60,048 bases of DNA from an uncultured Candidatus Saccharibacteria bacterium (GTDB taxonomy: Bacteria; Patescibacteriota; Minisyncoccia; UBA6257; GWB1-50-10). The translations under genes were made by a program, and so were the position numbers. Where the stretch lies: positions 1 to 60,048 of the forward strand of contig CAZMFA010000001.1 of the NCBI GenBank assembly GCA_964565515.1, in the 5' to 3' direction. Of the stretch, positions 1-9,273 are shown piece by piece. How positions within the stretch are numbered: the stretch's first letter is position 1; every line of letters starts with the position of its first letter. The notes under the pieces are model-generated. The model had not been told where the DNA came from. It saw only the letters and a list, made by a program, of their open reading frames with translations, and did not search any database.

Positions 1-116
1 GTCCCCTCGAGCGATATCGTGGGAGTCGTGCGGCTTCGCTTGTGGCCCTTTCAGGATATCGCTCTATTCGGCGCGCCGGCATACGGTACGTCGACGACTG
101 CCGGATAAAAAAACAC

Positions 117-1400
117 ATGAAACCGAAACAAAAAAATCACGAAGCAGCATGGGGAATCGCGGGAATGTCGGATATTTTGCCGAAGAATCAAGCCTATTGG
201 AGACAGCTCCTTGAGACCGGCAAGGCGGTCAGCGAACTCCACGACTTCAGTTTTATGGGGCTTTCCGCCGTGGAGCGGTATGAAATTTTCGAGAATGCGT
301 TCGGCAGCGATCGGGATATCCTCGAGCGCGAATTGTTCCCGTTGAAGGCGGGAAAGATGAAAGCGGCGCTCCGGTTCAGTTTTCGGGAGTCCGTCCTTCG
401 AAGCTTCATCGACAACAAATTGGCGTACTTTGCGTACCCCCTGAAGGTTTTCTATTTCGGTCCCGTCTTCCGCGACGTTCAAACCGATGAGTACTTTCTG
501 AAGCAGTTCCATCAATTCGGGTTTCAAGTGATCGGTGAAGCGGATCCGATATACGACGGAGAGGTCATCATCGCTCTCTACGATTTTTTCAAGAGCTTGA
601 GGCTCGCGAACGTCGTTTTAAAGATCGGCAGCTCCGGCTGCCATACGTGTCACGGGATCTTCAAGCATAAATTGCAGAATTACTATCGGGGAAGGTTGAG
701 AGATGTTTGCAAAACCTGCGCCAAGAATTTCGAAATCAATCCTTTTCTGCTCCTTTCGTGCAACGAAGAGAAATGCAAAGCGGCTCGGTCGGAAGGGCCG
801 ATCATTTTCGATTATCTTTGTCAAAGCTGCAACAATCATTTGAAGTCGGTGCTCGAGCTCGTCGAAGACAACGGCATACCGTATGAGCCGGACCCGAACA
901 TGGTTTCGACGGGTGACCTCAACAATCGGACGACCTTTGAATTTCGTACGCCCGAAATGCCGCACCCTTTAGCATTCGGCTGCCGGTACGATTATCTTTC
1001 CGAAGCGGTTTTCAAGCGGCAAATTCCGGCCGTCGGGGCGAACGTTGGGGTCGAGCGGGTCATGGAGGCGATGAAGCGGCAGAATGTGGAACCGCGTTTC
1101 AAATCGAAGCCGAAGGTCTTCTTCTTGGTCATCGGCGATCAAGCGAAGAAGGGGGCCTTAAAACTCATGAACAAACTCCGCCTCTCCGGCGTCGCCGTCG
1201 TTGAAATGGTCGGCAAGAAAACGCTGAAGGCTCAAATAAGGACCGCCGAGCGCATGGGCATCAAATTGGCGCTCCTCTTGGGGCAAAAGGAGGTTTTCGA
1301 CGGCACTGTTATCTTGCGGGATATGACTTCCGGGGTCCAAGAAACCATCTTAGTCGACAAGCTTGTGGAGGAGGTGAAAAAGAGGTTAAATAACGAATGA
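117..1400 (+). CDS. Histidyl-tRNA synthetase-like paralog (bacterial type, anticodon-binding domain present) with degenerate catalytic motifs
   Basis: ORF 42..1400. HisRS architecture: GMSDILP..W N-terminus, CxxC..NPxxLLSC insertion domain, and a C-terminal KVFFLVIGD..ALLLGQKE anticodon-binding domain. Core motifs have diverged: LRPEGT->LRFSFRE, FRYERPQxGRxRQFxQ->FRDVQTDEYFLKQFHQ, RGLDYY->TGDLNN, GGGRYD->FGCRYD. ATG 117 preferred; GTG 42 is possible. Confidence 0.7.
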   Translation: MKPKQKNHEAAWGIAGMSDILPKNQAYWRQLLETGKAVSELHDFSFMGLSAVERYEIFENAFGSDRDILERELFPLKAGKMKAALRFSFRESVLRSFIDNKLAYFAYPLKVFYFGPVFRDVQTDEYFLKQFHQFGFQVIGEADPIYDGEVIIALYDFFKSLRLANVVLKIGSSGCHTCHGIFKHKLQNYYRGRLRDVCKTCAKNFEINPFLLLSCNEEKCKAARSEGPIIFDYLCQSCNNHLKSVLELVEDNGIPYEPDPNMVSTGDLNNRTTFEFRTPEMPHPLAFGCRYDYLSEAVFKRQIPAVGANVGVERVMEAMKRQNVEPRFKSKPKVFFLVIGDQAKKGALKLMNKLRLSGVAVVEMVGKKTLKAQIRTAERMGIKLALLLGQKEVFDGTVILRDMTSGVQETILVDKLVEEVKKRLNNE

Positions 1401-1515
1401 CGGACGGATCCCGCGGGAAACCGCAAACTTATGAAAAAGATAATTGCCAACGAAGTCGAATTAACCGCGCATCATAGGCAGCTGCTTATGAAGAAGGCGT
1501 TTTGTTTCTAACGGA
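1401..1515. mobile_element. Copy A (degenerate) of the TIR element family: CCCGCGGGAAACCGC...GCGTTTTGTTTCTAACGG
   Basis: Shares AACCGCAAACTTATGAAA(A/G)AGATAAT and GGCGTTTTGTTTCTAACGG(A/G)ATG with copy B at 37617..37686. Sits between the hisS-like stop (ATGA at 1397..1400) and the HIT start at 1516. Confidence 0.5.
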
Positions 1516-1953
1516 ATGGATTGTTTGTTCTGCCAAATAGCGGCAAAGGGAATCCCGGCATACATCGTCTACGAGGACGATGCAGCACTCGGCATCTTGG
1601 ATGTCCATCCGCGTTCGCCGGGGCATACGATGGTGATCCCGAAAGTCCATGCCGAAAATATTTTGGACCTTCCGCCCGAGGCGGTGGGACCGGTTTTCAC
1701 GGCGGTGAAGAAGGTGGCGGACCTTCTTCGAAAGACCCTCCAGCCGGACGGTTTTACGATCGGCGTGAACCACGGCCGCGTTTCCGGGCAAACCGTCGAC
1801 CATTTGCACATCCACATCATGCCGCGATGGAACGATGACGGCGGAGGATCGATCCATTCCGTGGTCAACAATCCGCCTCAAGAAAGTTTGGAGGAAATGA
1901 AAGATAAAATAGTAAGGTCGAACAACGAATACCATCGAAGCAAAAACAAATGA
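1516..1953 (+). CDS. HIT (histidine triad) family nucleotide hydrolase
   Basis: CxxC N-terminus, HPRSPGHTMVIPK, and histidine triad DHLHIHIMPRW. Confidence 0.9.
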   Translation: MDCLFCQIAAKGIPAYIVYEDDAALGILDVHPRSPGHTMVIPKVHAENILDLPPEAVGPVFTAVKKVADLLRKTLQPDGFTIGVNHGRVSGQTVDHLHIHIMPRWNDDGGGSIHSVVNNPPQESLEEMKDKIVRSNNEYHRSKNK

Positions 1954-2168
1954 TAGAAGTTAAAAGAAGGAAAAACGAGAGTACGGGTTCGTTCTTGTAT
2001 CGGTTCAATAAGCGGGTTCAACAAAGCGGCGTCTTGAAGGAGGTAAGAAAGAGGAAGAGCTCCGGTCGTCCCGTGAATCGGAGGAGGAGGAAATTGTCGG
2101 CGGTCTACAAGAGCGCGAAAGCCCGCGAGGTGAAGAAGATGAGGAAACTCGGACATTCCGCGAAATAG
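1950..2168 (+). CDS. rpsU: 30S ribosomal protein S21
   Basis: 72 aa, basic; VKRRKNES..FLYRFNKRVQQSGVLKEVRKR matches the S21 pattern. ATGA overlap with the HIT stop. Confidence 0.85.
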   Translation: MIEVKRRKNESTGSFLYRFNKRVQQSGVLKEVRKRKSSGRPVNRRRRKLSAVYKSAKAREVKKMRKLGHSAK

Positions 2169-2173
2169 GAATC

Positions 2174-2635
2174 ATGGAACTTAAGGAACGGTTAAGTGGA
2201 GACTTGAAAGGAGCGATGAAATCGAGAGACGACTTCAAGGTCGGGACGCTTCGATTTCTCCTTTCGAGCATCCAAGCACGGGAGATCGAAAAGAGGGGAA
2301 AGGGCCTCGGGGGCCTGCTTACCGACGAAGAAGTTGTGGAAGTATTGAAAAAGGAAGCCAAGAAAAGGCGCGAATCATTCGAGATCTACATAAAGGGAGG
2401 GAGGAGCGACTTGGCGGAAAAAGAAAAGAAAGAATTGGAATGCATTCAATCGTACTTGCCGCCCGAAATGTCCGATGCCGATTTGGAAAAAATCGTCGAA
2501 GAAGCGCTCGCGAGCGTACAACCCGCCGGACCGAAAGATTTCGGCCGCGTGATGGGCGAGGCGATGAAGCGGGCCAAGGGAGCCGCAGAAGCTTCGCGGG
2601 TGCAGCAGTTGGTCAAGGAAAAAATGAATTCCTGA
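2174..2635 (+). CDS. yqeY: GatB/YqeY domain protein
   Basis: LKxAMKxRD..LRxLLSxIQ..E N-terminus, C-terminal GPKDFGRVMGEAMK, and the typical rpsU-yqeY adjacency. Confidence 0.85.
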   Translation: MELKERLSGDLKGAMKSRDDFKVGTLRFLLSSIQAREIEKRGKGLGGLLTDEEVVEVLKKEAKKRRESFEIYIKGGRSDLAEKEKKELECIQSYLPPEMSDADLEKIVEEALASVQPAGPKDFGRVMGEAMKRAKGAAEASRVQQLVKEKMNS

Positions 2636-2641
2636 ATTTCC

Positions 2642-3073
2642 ATGTCCACCTCGGTTGTTCCCGTCTTTTCCGAAAAAGGAAGATTTAAAAAGTTCGAAAG
2701 AGCCCTCCAGCGGACGGCTCTTTGTTCGTTAAAAAAGCTTCGGAAGGGGGGAATTTCGCTTGAGATATTCATCGTTTCGGACACGACGATGAAGTCCATA
2801 AACCGGAAATATCGGGGAAAGCCGAAGCCGACCAATGTCTTGAGCTTCGAAGTCCCCGTTCCGATGCCGCGGCCGGATCTCGGGCGAACCCAGTTTATCG
2901 GGGAAATATTCGTGGCTCCCGACTGGGCGAAGAAGAAAGGGGACGAGTTGGGTTTTTTGGTGGTTCACGGGATTCTCCACCTCTTGGGGTATACCCACGA
3001 AGGCGTAAAAGAGAGTATAATGATGAATAACTTGGAGCGGAAAATCTGGAATCAACTATGCCAAAAATCTTAA
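2642..3073 (+). CDS. ybeY: rRNA maturation endoribonuclease YbeY
   Basis: HGILHLLGYTHE zinc-binding H..H.....H motif; 143 aa. Confidence 0.9.
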   Translation: MSTSVVPVFSEKGRFKKFERALQRTALCSLKKLRKGGISLEIFIVSDTTMKSINRKYRGKPKPTNVLSFEVPVPMPRPDLGRTQFIGEIFVAPDWAKKKGDELGFLVVHGILHLLGYTHEGVKESIMMNNLERKIWNQLCQKS

Positions 3074-4275
3074 CCAGTCTCGATTTGGGGTCCTCGGAGT
3101 TCAAGGGCATCATTGCCGAAGAGAAAAAAGACGGACTATTGTCCGTCGTATCGGTTTTTAAACAACCGTCGGCGGGATTTCGAAAAGGAGTGCTCGTCGA
3201 TTTCGAAGAAGCAGCCGATGCATTGGAAAGACTTTTTGGAGATATTCAAAAAATGTACAAGCGGGCGGCTGAAAATGTTTTCGTGAACGTCCAAAGCGAG
3301 CACGTGAAGCCGCGACCTTCGAGAGGTGCGGTCGCCATTTCAAACGTACAACGGGAAATACGGAGCGAAGACATCGAGAAGGTGAATCAGCTATCACTTG
3401 CTTTCAAGGCGAGTCCCAACTCGTTCGTTCTCCACAATATCATTAAAGAGTATTTTGTTGATGACATTGGAGATATTCTGGATCCCCTGGGCATGCCGGG
3501 AAATCGCTTGGAAGTGGAAACCTTGATCATCGAAGGCGTTTCGTCGCAAATAAGTCCTTTGGTAAAGCTTTTTGATTCGATCGACGTTTCGATCGGCGGG
3601 CTGGTGTTTAGCCCGCTCGCTGCAGCGGAAGCCGTTCTTTCGAAGAAGCAAAAAAATTTGGGAGTGCTCCTCATCGATTTCGGTTTCGGAACTACGAATA
3701 TTGCCGTTTTTGAAGAAGGAAAAATCCTCCATGCAAAGACGATCCCCATCGGATCTTCGTATATCACGAATGACATCGCGATCGGCCTCAAGATCCCCAT
3801 CGAGCTCGCCGAAAAGTTGAAGGTGAGCTACAGTTCGGCAACGGCTTCGGGGGTCGGAAGACGAGACGTCATCAAGCTCGTCGATGTCGATGGTAAAAGC
3901 GAAGGCGAGGTATCGAGAAAATTCATGACCGAGATCATCGAAGTGAGAGTTGCGGAAATACTGGATTTAATAAATAATGAAATCAAGGCGATCGGCCGAA
4001 ACGTGCAGCTCCCCGGAGGGGTGGTCGCGACCGGCGGGGGGGTCAAGTTGTACAAGATGGACGAAATGCTTCGCGGAGAGATGAGGCTGCCGGCTCAAGT
4101 CGGGTTTCCGAACCTCTCGCGATTTGAAATCTTGAACCCGGCCCATAAGGAGATGATCGACGACCCGGAATTCGCGGTCGCGGTCGGCCTAATGCTTAAA
4201 TCCTCGGAAGAAAACGCGAGGCCGATCCAAAAAATAAGGTCAATTAAAGATTTTTTGAGGAATTTACTCCCCTAA
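3058..4275 (+). CDS. ftsA: Cell division protein FtsA
   Basis: Actin-like ATPase fold. LDLGSSEFKG phosphate-1 motif, IDFGFGTTNIAVF, ATGGGVKL; lies immediately upstream of ftsZ. Confidence 0.9.
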   Translation: MPKILTSLDLGSSEFKGIIAEEKKDGLLSVVSVFKQPSAGFRKGVLVDFEEAADALERLFGDIQKMYKRAAENVFVNVQSEHVKPRPSRGAVAISNVQREIRSEDIEKVNQLSLAFKASPNSFVLHNIIKEYFVDDIGDILDPLGMPGNRLEVETLIIEGVSSQISPLVKLFDSIDVSIGGLVFSPLAAAEAVLSKKQKNLGVLLIDFGFGTTNIAVFEEGKILHAKTIPIGSSYITNDIAIGLKIPIELAEKLKVSYSSATASGVGRRDVIKLVDVDGKSEGEVSRKFMTEIIEVRVAEILDLINNEIKAIGRNVQLPGGVVATGGGVKLYKMDEMLRGEMRLPAQVGFPNLSRFEILNPAHKEMIDDPEFAVAVGLMLKSSEENARPIQKIRSIKDFLRNLLP

Positions 4276-4276
4276 T

Positions 4277-5506
4277 ATGGCAAAGAGGACAAGAAAAGTT
4301 TCCAAAAGGAAGAGTGCGGTTTCGAGAGAAGGAAAGGTTAAAAAAATGGACGGCATCACGAAGATCAAGGTGGTCGGTGTCGGCGGTTGCGGCGGGAATG
4401 TCGTAACGCGAATGATGATGGGGGAGCGCCCGCGCGGCGTCGAATTCGTCGCCGTGAACACCGACAAGCAGGATTTGGATTATACGTTGGCGCATAAGAA
4501 GCTGTACATCGGAAAAGCTTTAACGCGGGGTTTGGGGGCCGGCATGAATCCGGAGATAGGGAAGCAAGCAGCCGAAGAAAACCGATCGGAAATCGGGGAA
4601 GTGCTCGAAGGGGCCGACATCATTTTTTTGGCGGCCGGGATGGGCGGCGGAACGGGAACCGGTGCGACGCCGGTCATCGCCGAGATCGCGAGAGAAAAAG
4701 GAATCCTAACGCTCGCGGTCGTTACAAAACCGTTTTCATTCGAGGGTACGCAACGAATGACCATTGCTCAAGACGGCATTAACCGCCTTCGAGAAAAAGT
4801 CGATTCGTTGGTCGTGATTCCGAACGATCGCATTTTTACCATCATTCAAAAAGATACGCCGGTCACGAAAGCATTCTCGTATATTGACGATGTCTTGAAG
4901 CAAGCAGTAAGAGCTCTCTCGGAACTCATTAATATGCCGGGGATCATCAATGTCGACTTTGCGGACATCAAATCGATTTTAAAAGAAGCCGGAACGACCC
5001 TGATCGGCATCGGCACTGCATCGGGGCAAGATCGAGGAATCAAAGCAGTGGGGTCCGCCATCAACTCGCCGCTTCTTGAAGTGACGCTTGACGGCGCGAA
5101 GGGAGTGCTCTTTTCGATCGCCGGCACGAGAGACTTGAGAATGTCGGAGATCAACGACATCGCAAAAGCAATCTCGGCAAATCTCGATTCGGGAGCGAAA
5201 GTCATTTTTGGAGCGTACCACGATCGGACGTTGAAAGATAAAGCGATCAAAGTGACGGTCATTGCAACCGGCTTCAACGGAATGTTTTCCGAAAAGCGCG
5301 CCGTACCAAACCTCTTTATGGTGAGCGAGCCGAAGGCGGGGGGAGAAAATCAAAGTAAGAGGGGAGAAGAACCGAAAAAACAAGCGAACGTCGAAGCGGT
5401 CGTTGAATTGGAAACGGAGGAATCGGAGCATCCGACGAAAGGAAACAAAGTGGAAAAACAGGAGCCGTGGGAAATACCCGCATTCCTCAGAAAAAAGAAA
5501 AAATAA
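4277..5506 (+). CDS. ftsZ: Cell division GTPase FtsZ
   Basis: GVGGCGGN, tubulin signature GGGTGTGA, NDR, and C-terminal IPAFLRKKK tail. An alternative start at ATG 4346 would remove a basic 23-aa extension. Confidence 0.95.
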   Translation: MAKRTRKVSKRKSAVSREGKVKKMDGITKIKVVGVGGCGGNVVTRMMMGERPRGVEFVAVNTDKQDLDYTLAHKKLYIGKALTRGLGAGMNPEIGKQAAEENRSEIGEVLEGADIIFLAAGMGGGTGTGATPVIAEIAREKGILTLAVVTKPFSFEGTQRMTIAQDGINRLREKVDSLVVIPNDRIFTIIQKDTPVTKAFSYIDDVLKQAVRALSELINMPGIINVDFADIKSILKEAGTTLIGIGTASGQDRGIKAVGSAINSPLLEVTLDGAKGVLFSIAGTRDLRMSEINDIAKAISANLDSGAKVIFGAYHDRTLKDKAIKVTVIATGFNGMFSEKRAVPNLFMVSEPKAGGENQSKRGEEPKKQANVEAVVELETEESEHPTKGNKVEKQEPWEIPAFLRKKKK

Positions 5507-5539
5507 ACTCGGAACTTCGTCAAATTTTCAGCTGAAAAG

Positions 5540-5568
5540 TCCGCCGGTGAGGCGGATTTTTGGTTTTT
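5540..5568 (+). terminator. Intrinsic terminator after ftsZ
   Basis: TCCGCC-ggtga-GGCGGA hairpin followed by TTTTTGGTTTTT. Confidence 0.6.
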
Positions 5569-5669
5569 CGAGTTATCCACTTCTGGGGGTTTCGGAACGG
5601 GTTTAAAATTATGGGTACCTCAAAAAAGTTTTAAAAAAAGTCGGTCCAAATTTTATTTTTTCAACCATC

Positions 5670-7913
5670 ATGTCATTTACATCGGTTCGGAAGCGAGAAG
5701 GTCAAGTCGTCCCCTTTGACGGGGAACGGATAGCGCGCGCAATCGCGAAAGCGATGAAAGCGACCGGGGAAGGGAGCGAAAAAAATGCTGCGGAAGTCTC
5801 GGAGAAAGTCGTGCGTTCGCTTGGAAAGAAGTTTCCTTCCGATCATATCCTCGGTATCGAGGAAATACAAGATACCGTCGAAGAAGAATTGATGGCTGCC
5901 GACTTTTTGCAGACGGCAAAGGCGTATATTTTGTACCGCGAAGAGCGGGCAAAGCTCAGAGAATCGAAAAAAGAGATCCCCGACTATGTGTACGACCTTG
6001 CTCGCGAGAGTAAAAAATATTTCCGGAACCCCCTGGGAGAATTCATTTACTACCGGTCCTATTCGCGCTGGCTTGAACAAGAAGGCCGCCGCGAAACGTG
6101 GATCGAGACCGTTGAGCGGTACGTGAATTTCATGAAAAAGAATTTGGGAAATAAAGTGACCGACGAAGAGTATGAGGAACTGAAGCAGGCAATCCTTCGG
6201 CAGGATGTCATGCCGTCGATGCGACTCCTGTGGGGTGCGGGACACGCGGCGGAAGTGACGAACGTCACGGCATACAACTGCTCGTTCATCGCGCCGGCGC
6301 GCCCAAGGGACTTCGGCGAGATCATGTACCTTTCCATGTGCGGGGCAGGTGTCGGATTTTCCGTCGAACACCAAAATGTGGAAGAGCTCCCCTTGATCAA
6401 ACGGCAGAGCGGCGAAAAACTTCCCGCGCATATCATTGACGACAGCAAGGAAGGCTGGTCCGATGCCCTGGTTTTGGGACTCGAAGCATGGTTCGACGGC
6501 AAGGATATCGATTTTGATTTTTCGAAGATACGACCGCAAGGTGCGCGCTTGAAGACCATGGGCGGCCGAAGTTCGGGGCCGGACCCCTTGCGCTCCGTCC
6601 TTGAATTCGCGCGGAGAAAAATACTGGCAAAGCAAGGACGGCGACTCTCGACCTTGGATGTCCACGATGTCATCTGCAAAATCGGGGAAGTGGTCGTGAT
6701 GGGCGGCGTGCGCCGGACAGCCCTCATATCGCTTTCCGATTTGGACGATAAGGATATGCAAACGGCGAAGTTCGGGCAGTTCTATCTTACGGAGCCGCAA
6801 CGGGCGATGGCGAACAACTCGGCCGTTTACAACGAAAAACCCTCGGCTGCCGTATTCCTCGAGGAGTGGCTATCGCTCACGAAGAGCGGCAGCGGAGAAC
6901 GGGGCATTTTCAATAGGGGAGGCCTCGAGCGGCAAATGCCCGAGCGCCGTTGGAAGAATTTCAAGGCTTACCATCCGACGTCGGGAACCAATCCATGCGG
7001 CGAAATCGTCCTCAGATCGAAAGAATTTTGCAATTTATCCGAAATTGTCGCCCGTTTCGAGGATACCGAAGAAACCTTGCTAAAGAAGGCACGCTTGGCG
7101 GCCATCTTGGGGACGTACCAATCGACGTTGACCAATTTCAAATATCTTTCCCCCGAATGGAAGAAGAATTGCGACGAAGAGCGCCTGCTCGGCGTTTCGA
7201 TCACCGGCCAGTGGGATTCACCGGCTGTTCGGAGCGCCGCGACGCTCAAGAAGTTGAAAGAAATGGCGGTCGAGACCAACAAAGTATATGCAAAGAAGTT
7301 TGGCATCAACCAATCGGCATCGGTGACGTGCGTAAAGCCTTCCGGAACCGTATCGCAGTTGGTCGACGCCGCATCGGGCCTCCACCCGCGCCACGCCCAG
7401 TACTACATCCGAAGGATACGCATTTCCGCGACCGACAGCTTATTCAAGATGCTCCGCGACCAAAAGATCCCGTTTCATCCCGAAGTCGGTCAATCGAGCG
7501 AAAATGCGACGACCTACGTCCTCGAATTCCCGGTGAAAGCGCCGGATCAATCGATCTTGAAGAACGACCTTTCTGCCATCGAGCAGCTCGAGTATTGGAA
7601 GATGGTCAAGGAAAATTACACCGAACACAATCCGTCAGTCACCATTTCCGTCGGCGAAAACGAATGGGTCGAAGTGGCGGATTGGCTTTACAAGAACTGG
7701 GACATGTTGGGGGGACTTTCGTTCTTGCCCCGGGAAGACTTTGTGTACCAGCTTGCACCGTACGAGGAAATCTCAAAGGAGCGGTACGATGAGTTGGTTT
7801 CCGCATTCCCGCAAGTCGACTTTTCTCAAATCCTCCTTTATGAACGGGAGGACGAAACGCAGGGCGCCAAGGAACTGGCGTGCGTCGGGGGGACGTGCGA
7901 GATATCGGTGTAA
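5670..7913 (+). CDS. nrdJ: Class II (adenosylcobalamin-dependent) ribonucleotide reductase with N-terminal ATP-cone
   Basis: ATP-cone (VRKREGQVVPFDGERI), active-site TNPCGEI...FCNLSE, and C-terminal redox tail CVGGTCE. Confidence 0.85.
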   Translation: MSFTSVRKREGQVVPFDGERIARAIAKAMKATGEGSEKNAAEVSEKVVRSLGKKFPSDHILGIEEIQDTVEEELMAADFLQTAKAYILYREERAKLRESKKEIPDYVYDLARESKKYFRNPLGEFIYYRSYSRWLEQEGRRETWIETVERYVNFMKKNLGNKVTDEEYEELKQAILRQDVMPSMRLLWGAGHAAEVTNVTAYNCSFIAPARPRDFGEIMYLSMCGAGVGFSVEHQNVEELPLIKRQSGEKLPAHIIDDSKEGWSDALVLGLEAWFDGKDIDFDFSKIRPQGARLKTMGGRSSGPDPLRSVLEFARRKILAKQGRRLSTLDVHDVICKIGEVVVMGGVRRTALISLSDLDDKDMQTAKFGQFYLTEPQRAMANNSAVYNEKPSAAVFLEEWLSLTKSGSGERGIFNRGGLERQMPERRWKNFKAYHPTSGTNPCGEIVLRSKEFCNLSEIVARFEDTEETLLKKARLAAILGTYQSTLTNFKYLSPEWKKNCDEERLLGVSITGQWDSPAVRSAATLKKLKEMAVETNKVYAKKFGINQSASVTCVKPSGTVSQLVDAASGLHPRHAQYYIRRIRISATDSLFKMLRDQKIPFHPEVGQSSENATTYVLEFPVKAPDQSILKNDLSAIEQLEYWKMVKENYTEHNPSVTISVGENEWVEVADWLYKNWDMLGGLSFLPREDFVYQLAPYEEISKERYDELVSAFPQVDFSQILLYEREDETQGAKELACVGGTCEISV

Positions 7914-7946
7914 GCGGATAAAAATAGAAATAAAGAGAGATAGAAG

Positions 7947-7971
7947 AATCCGGACCTTAGTCCGGATTTTT
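7947..7971. terminator. Bidirectional terminator between convergent nrdJ and the VIT1 gene
   Basis: AATCCGGAC-ctta-GTCCGGATT, A-rich before and TTTTT after. Confidence 0.75.
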
Positions 7972-7990
7972 AATAGAAAGAAAAGCTCTA

Positions 7991-8881
7991 TCAGAAACTC
8001 GATGCGGTCAGATGAAAAACGCCGCCGATCACATCGCCCAAGATGAATGAGGCGACTGCGGTTGAAAGCATGAGAATCGCCGCTTCTCCGAATTCGCGGA
8101 TGAATTTCCGGTCGAAGACGACGGAAGTATAAAACGTGAACGCCGCAAGGAGTATGATGCCGACCGACATCGAGACGGTGAATGCCGGTATCATGGAGCG
8201 AACGAGAAAGTAGGGAAGCGCAAGGAGGATGACGGACCCGAAATACGAGAAAGCCGTGACAAGGGCGGAAACGATCGCCGACTTTTCCGGATCTTGCTTG
8301 GCTTGAAGATAGGCTGCCGACCCCATCGATATGGCGGCCGAAAAGCCGACGATGGTCCCCGAGATACCGGCAATCAAGGTTGAGCGGGTGACGCCGAGGA
8401 AACCGGCGTGAACGCCGGTGATTTCGACAATCGCGTCGGCGAGGCCGAGGGCGATGAAGCCGATGTAGGAAACCCGCCGTTCTTTCAGTTCGCCGATGAG
8501 CGATTGTTCATGCGTTTTTTCGTCCTCAATGATTTCTTCCAGCCGTCCGCGATGCTCTTCGGGTATTTCCGCGAGCATTCGTTCATAGGTCGCAATAGAG
8601 TCCTTTTCGTGCGTCTCGAGGAGCTTGGTTGTGAAGGTGACGCCGAGGAGGTTTCTAAGGAGAACGGCTTCATGGAGACCTAAGAAGCGGGGTTTGACGT
8701 CGGTATCCGGGATGAGCGATTTCCAGAACTCATAGTGTGATTTTTCCTGGAGGGAAAGTTTTTCGAGGAGATCCCGGTTTTCCGGTTTCTTTTCACGGAG
8801 CGACAGCCGGTGATACACCAGGTGCTCGGTAAGCTCGTTTTGTGCGCGATCGAGATACTGTCGTTGCATGTTATGTATCAT
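7991..8881 (-). CDS. VIT1/CCC1-family iron/manganese transporter with N-terminal ferritin-like domain
   Basis: N-terminal E..H ferritin-like helices (EKSHYEFW, EDEKTHEQ). C-terminal TM core GLADAIVEITG, SMGSAAYLQ. Confidence 0.8.
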   Translation of the reverse strand: MIHNMQRQYLDRAQNELTEHLVYHRLSLREKKPENRDLLEKLSLQEKSHYEFWKSLIPDTDVKPRFLGLHEAVLLRNLLGVTFTTKLLETHEKDSIATYERMLAEIPEEHRGRLEEIIEDEKTHEQSLIGELKERRVSYIGFIALGLADAIVEITGVHAGFLGVTRSTLIAGISGTIVGFSAAISMGSAAYLQAKQDPEKSAIVSALVTAFSYFGSVILLALPYFLVRSMIPAFTVSMSVGIILLAAFTFYTSVVFDRKFIREFGEAAILMLSTAVASFILGDVIGGVFHLTASSF

Positions 8882-9183
8882 AAACCTTTTGCCGTTATCT
8901 CTTCGACGGCATCGAAATTGTCGCTATCTGCAAGCTTGTTTTTCCGCTCGAATCCGCACTTAGTACAGCGATGAAGGATAACGTATTCTTTGCCTTTTTT
9001 CTCGATGGCGACCGGTTCCATGAGACCCTGGCAAGTTTCCCGGCGATCGCCGGGGTTCACGTCGACGTGCCTGCTCCAGAGGCACTGCGGGCAGTGGTTG
9101 GTATAGCCGTTGCCGCGAACGGAAAAACCGCACGTGCCGCAGATAAAATCCTCTTTCGTTCGCTGAAACTTCTTACTCTCCAT
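8878..9183 (-). CDS. RNHCP domain protein (zinc-ribbon, function unknown)
   Basis: FICGTCG...GYTNHCPQCLWSRHVD..PGDR..C...HRCTKCG pattern. ATGA overlap with the downstream VIT1 gene. Confidence 0.75.
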   Translation of the reverse strand: MESKKFQRTKEDFICGTCGFSVRGNGYTNHCPQCLWSRHVDVNPGDRRETCQGLMEPVAIEKKGKEYVILHRCTKCGFERKNKLADSDNFDAVEEITAKGL

Positions 9184-9273
9184 TTTTCCCGACTTCTTTT
9201 TCCCCGACCCCTTTCCCGTTCGAATTCTGCCGGAAACACCTTGATTATTTTGTATTTAAAAATTCTTAGTCTG

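Noticed and set aside
1-116. 10-bp inverted repeat GAGCGATATC/GATATCGCTC (10..19 / 54..63) and the CCGGCA..TGCCGG hairpin at the window edge.
   Set aside because: It is too short and too close to the window boundary to interpret, and there is no adjacent U-tract in the correct orientation.
5573-5581. DnaA-box-like TTATCCACT between ftsZ and nrdJ (possible oriC).
   Set aside because: It is a single copy with no cluster, no AT-rich unwinding element beside it, and no dnaA/dnaN nearby.
5569-5669. Possible cobalamin riboswitch upstream of the B12-dependent nrdJ.
   Set aside because: Only about 100 nt is available, there is no B12-box-like sequence, and no extended structure is visible.
5673-6800. 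Long antisense ORFs opposite well-supported genes. Examples: 5673..6800 versus nrdJ, 30353..31594 versus PAP2, 33823..35016 versus NRAMP, 51272..52639 versus the FAD oxidoreductase, 52928..54013 versus tgt, and 57695..58666 versus secF.
   Set aside because: The sense-strand proteins carry unmistakable family motifs. The antisense translations are R/P/G-rich and low-complexity with no motifs, as is typical of GC-neutral genomes with few stops on the opposite strand.
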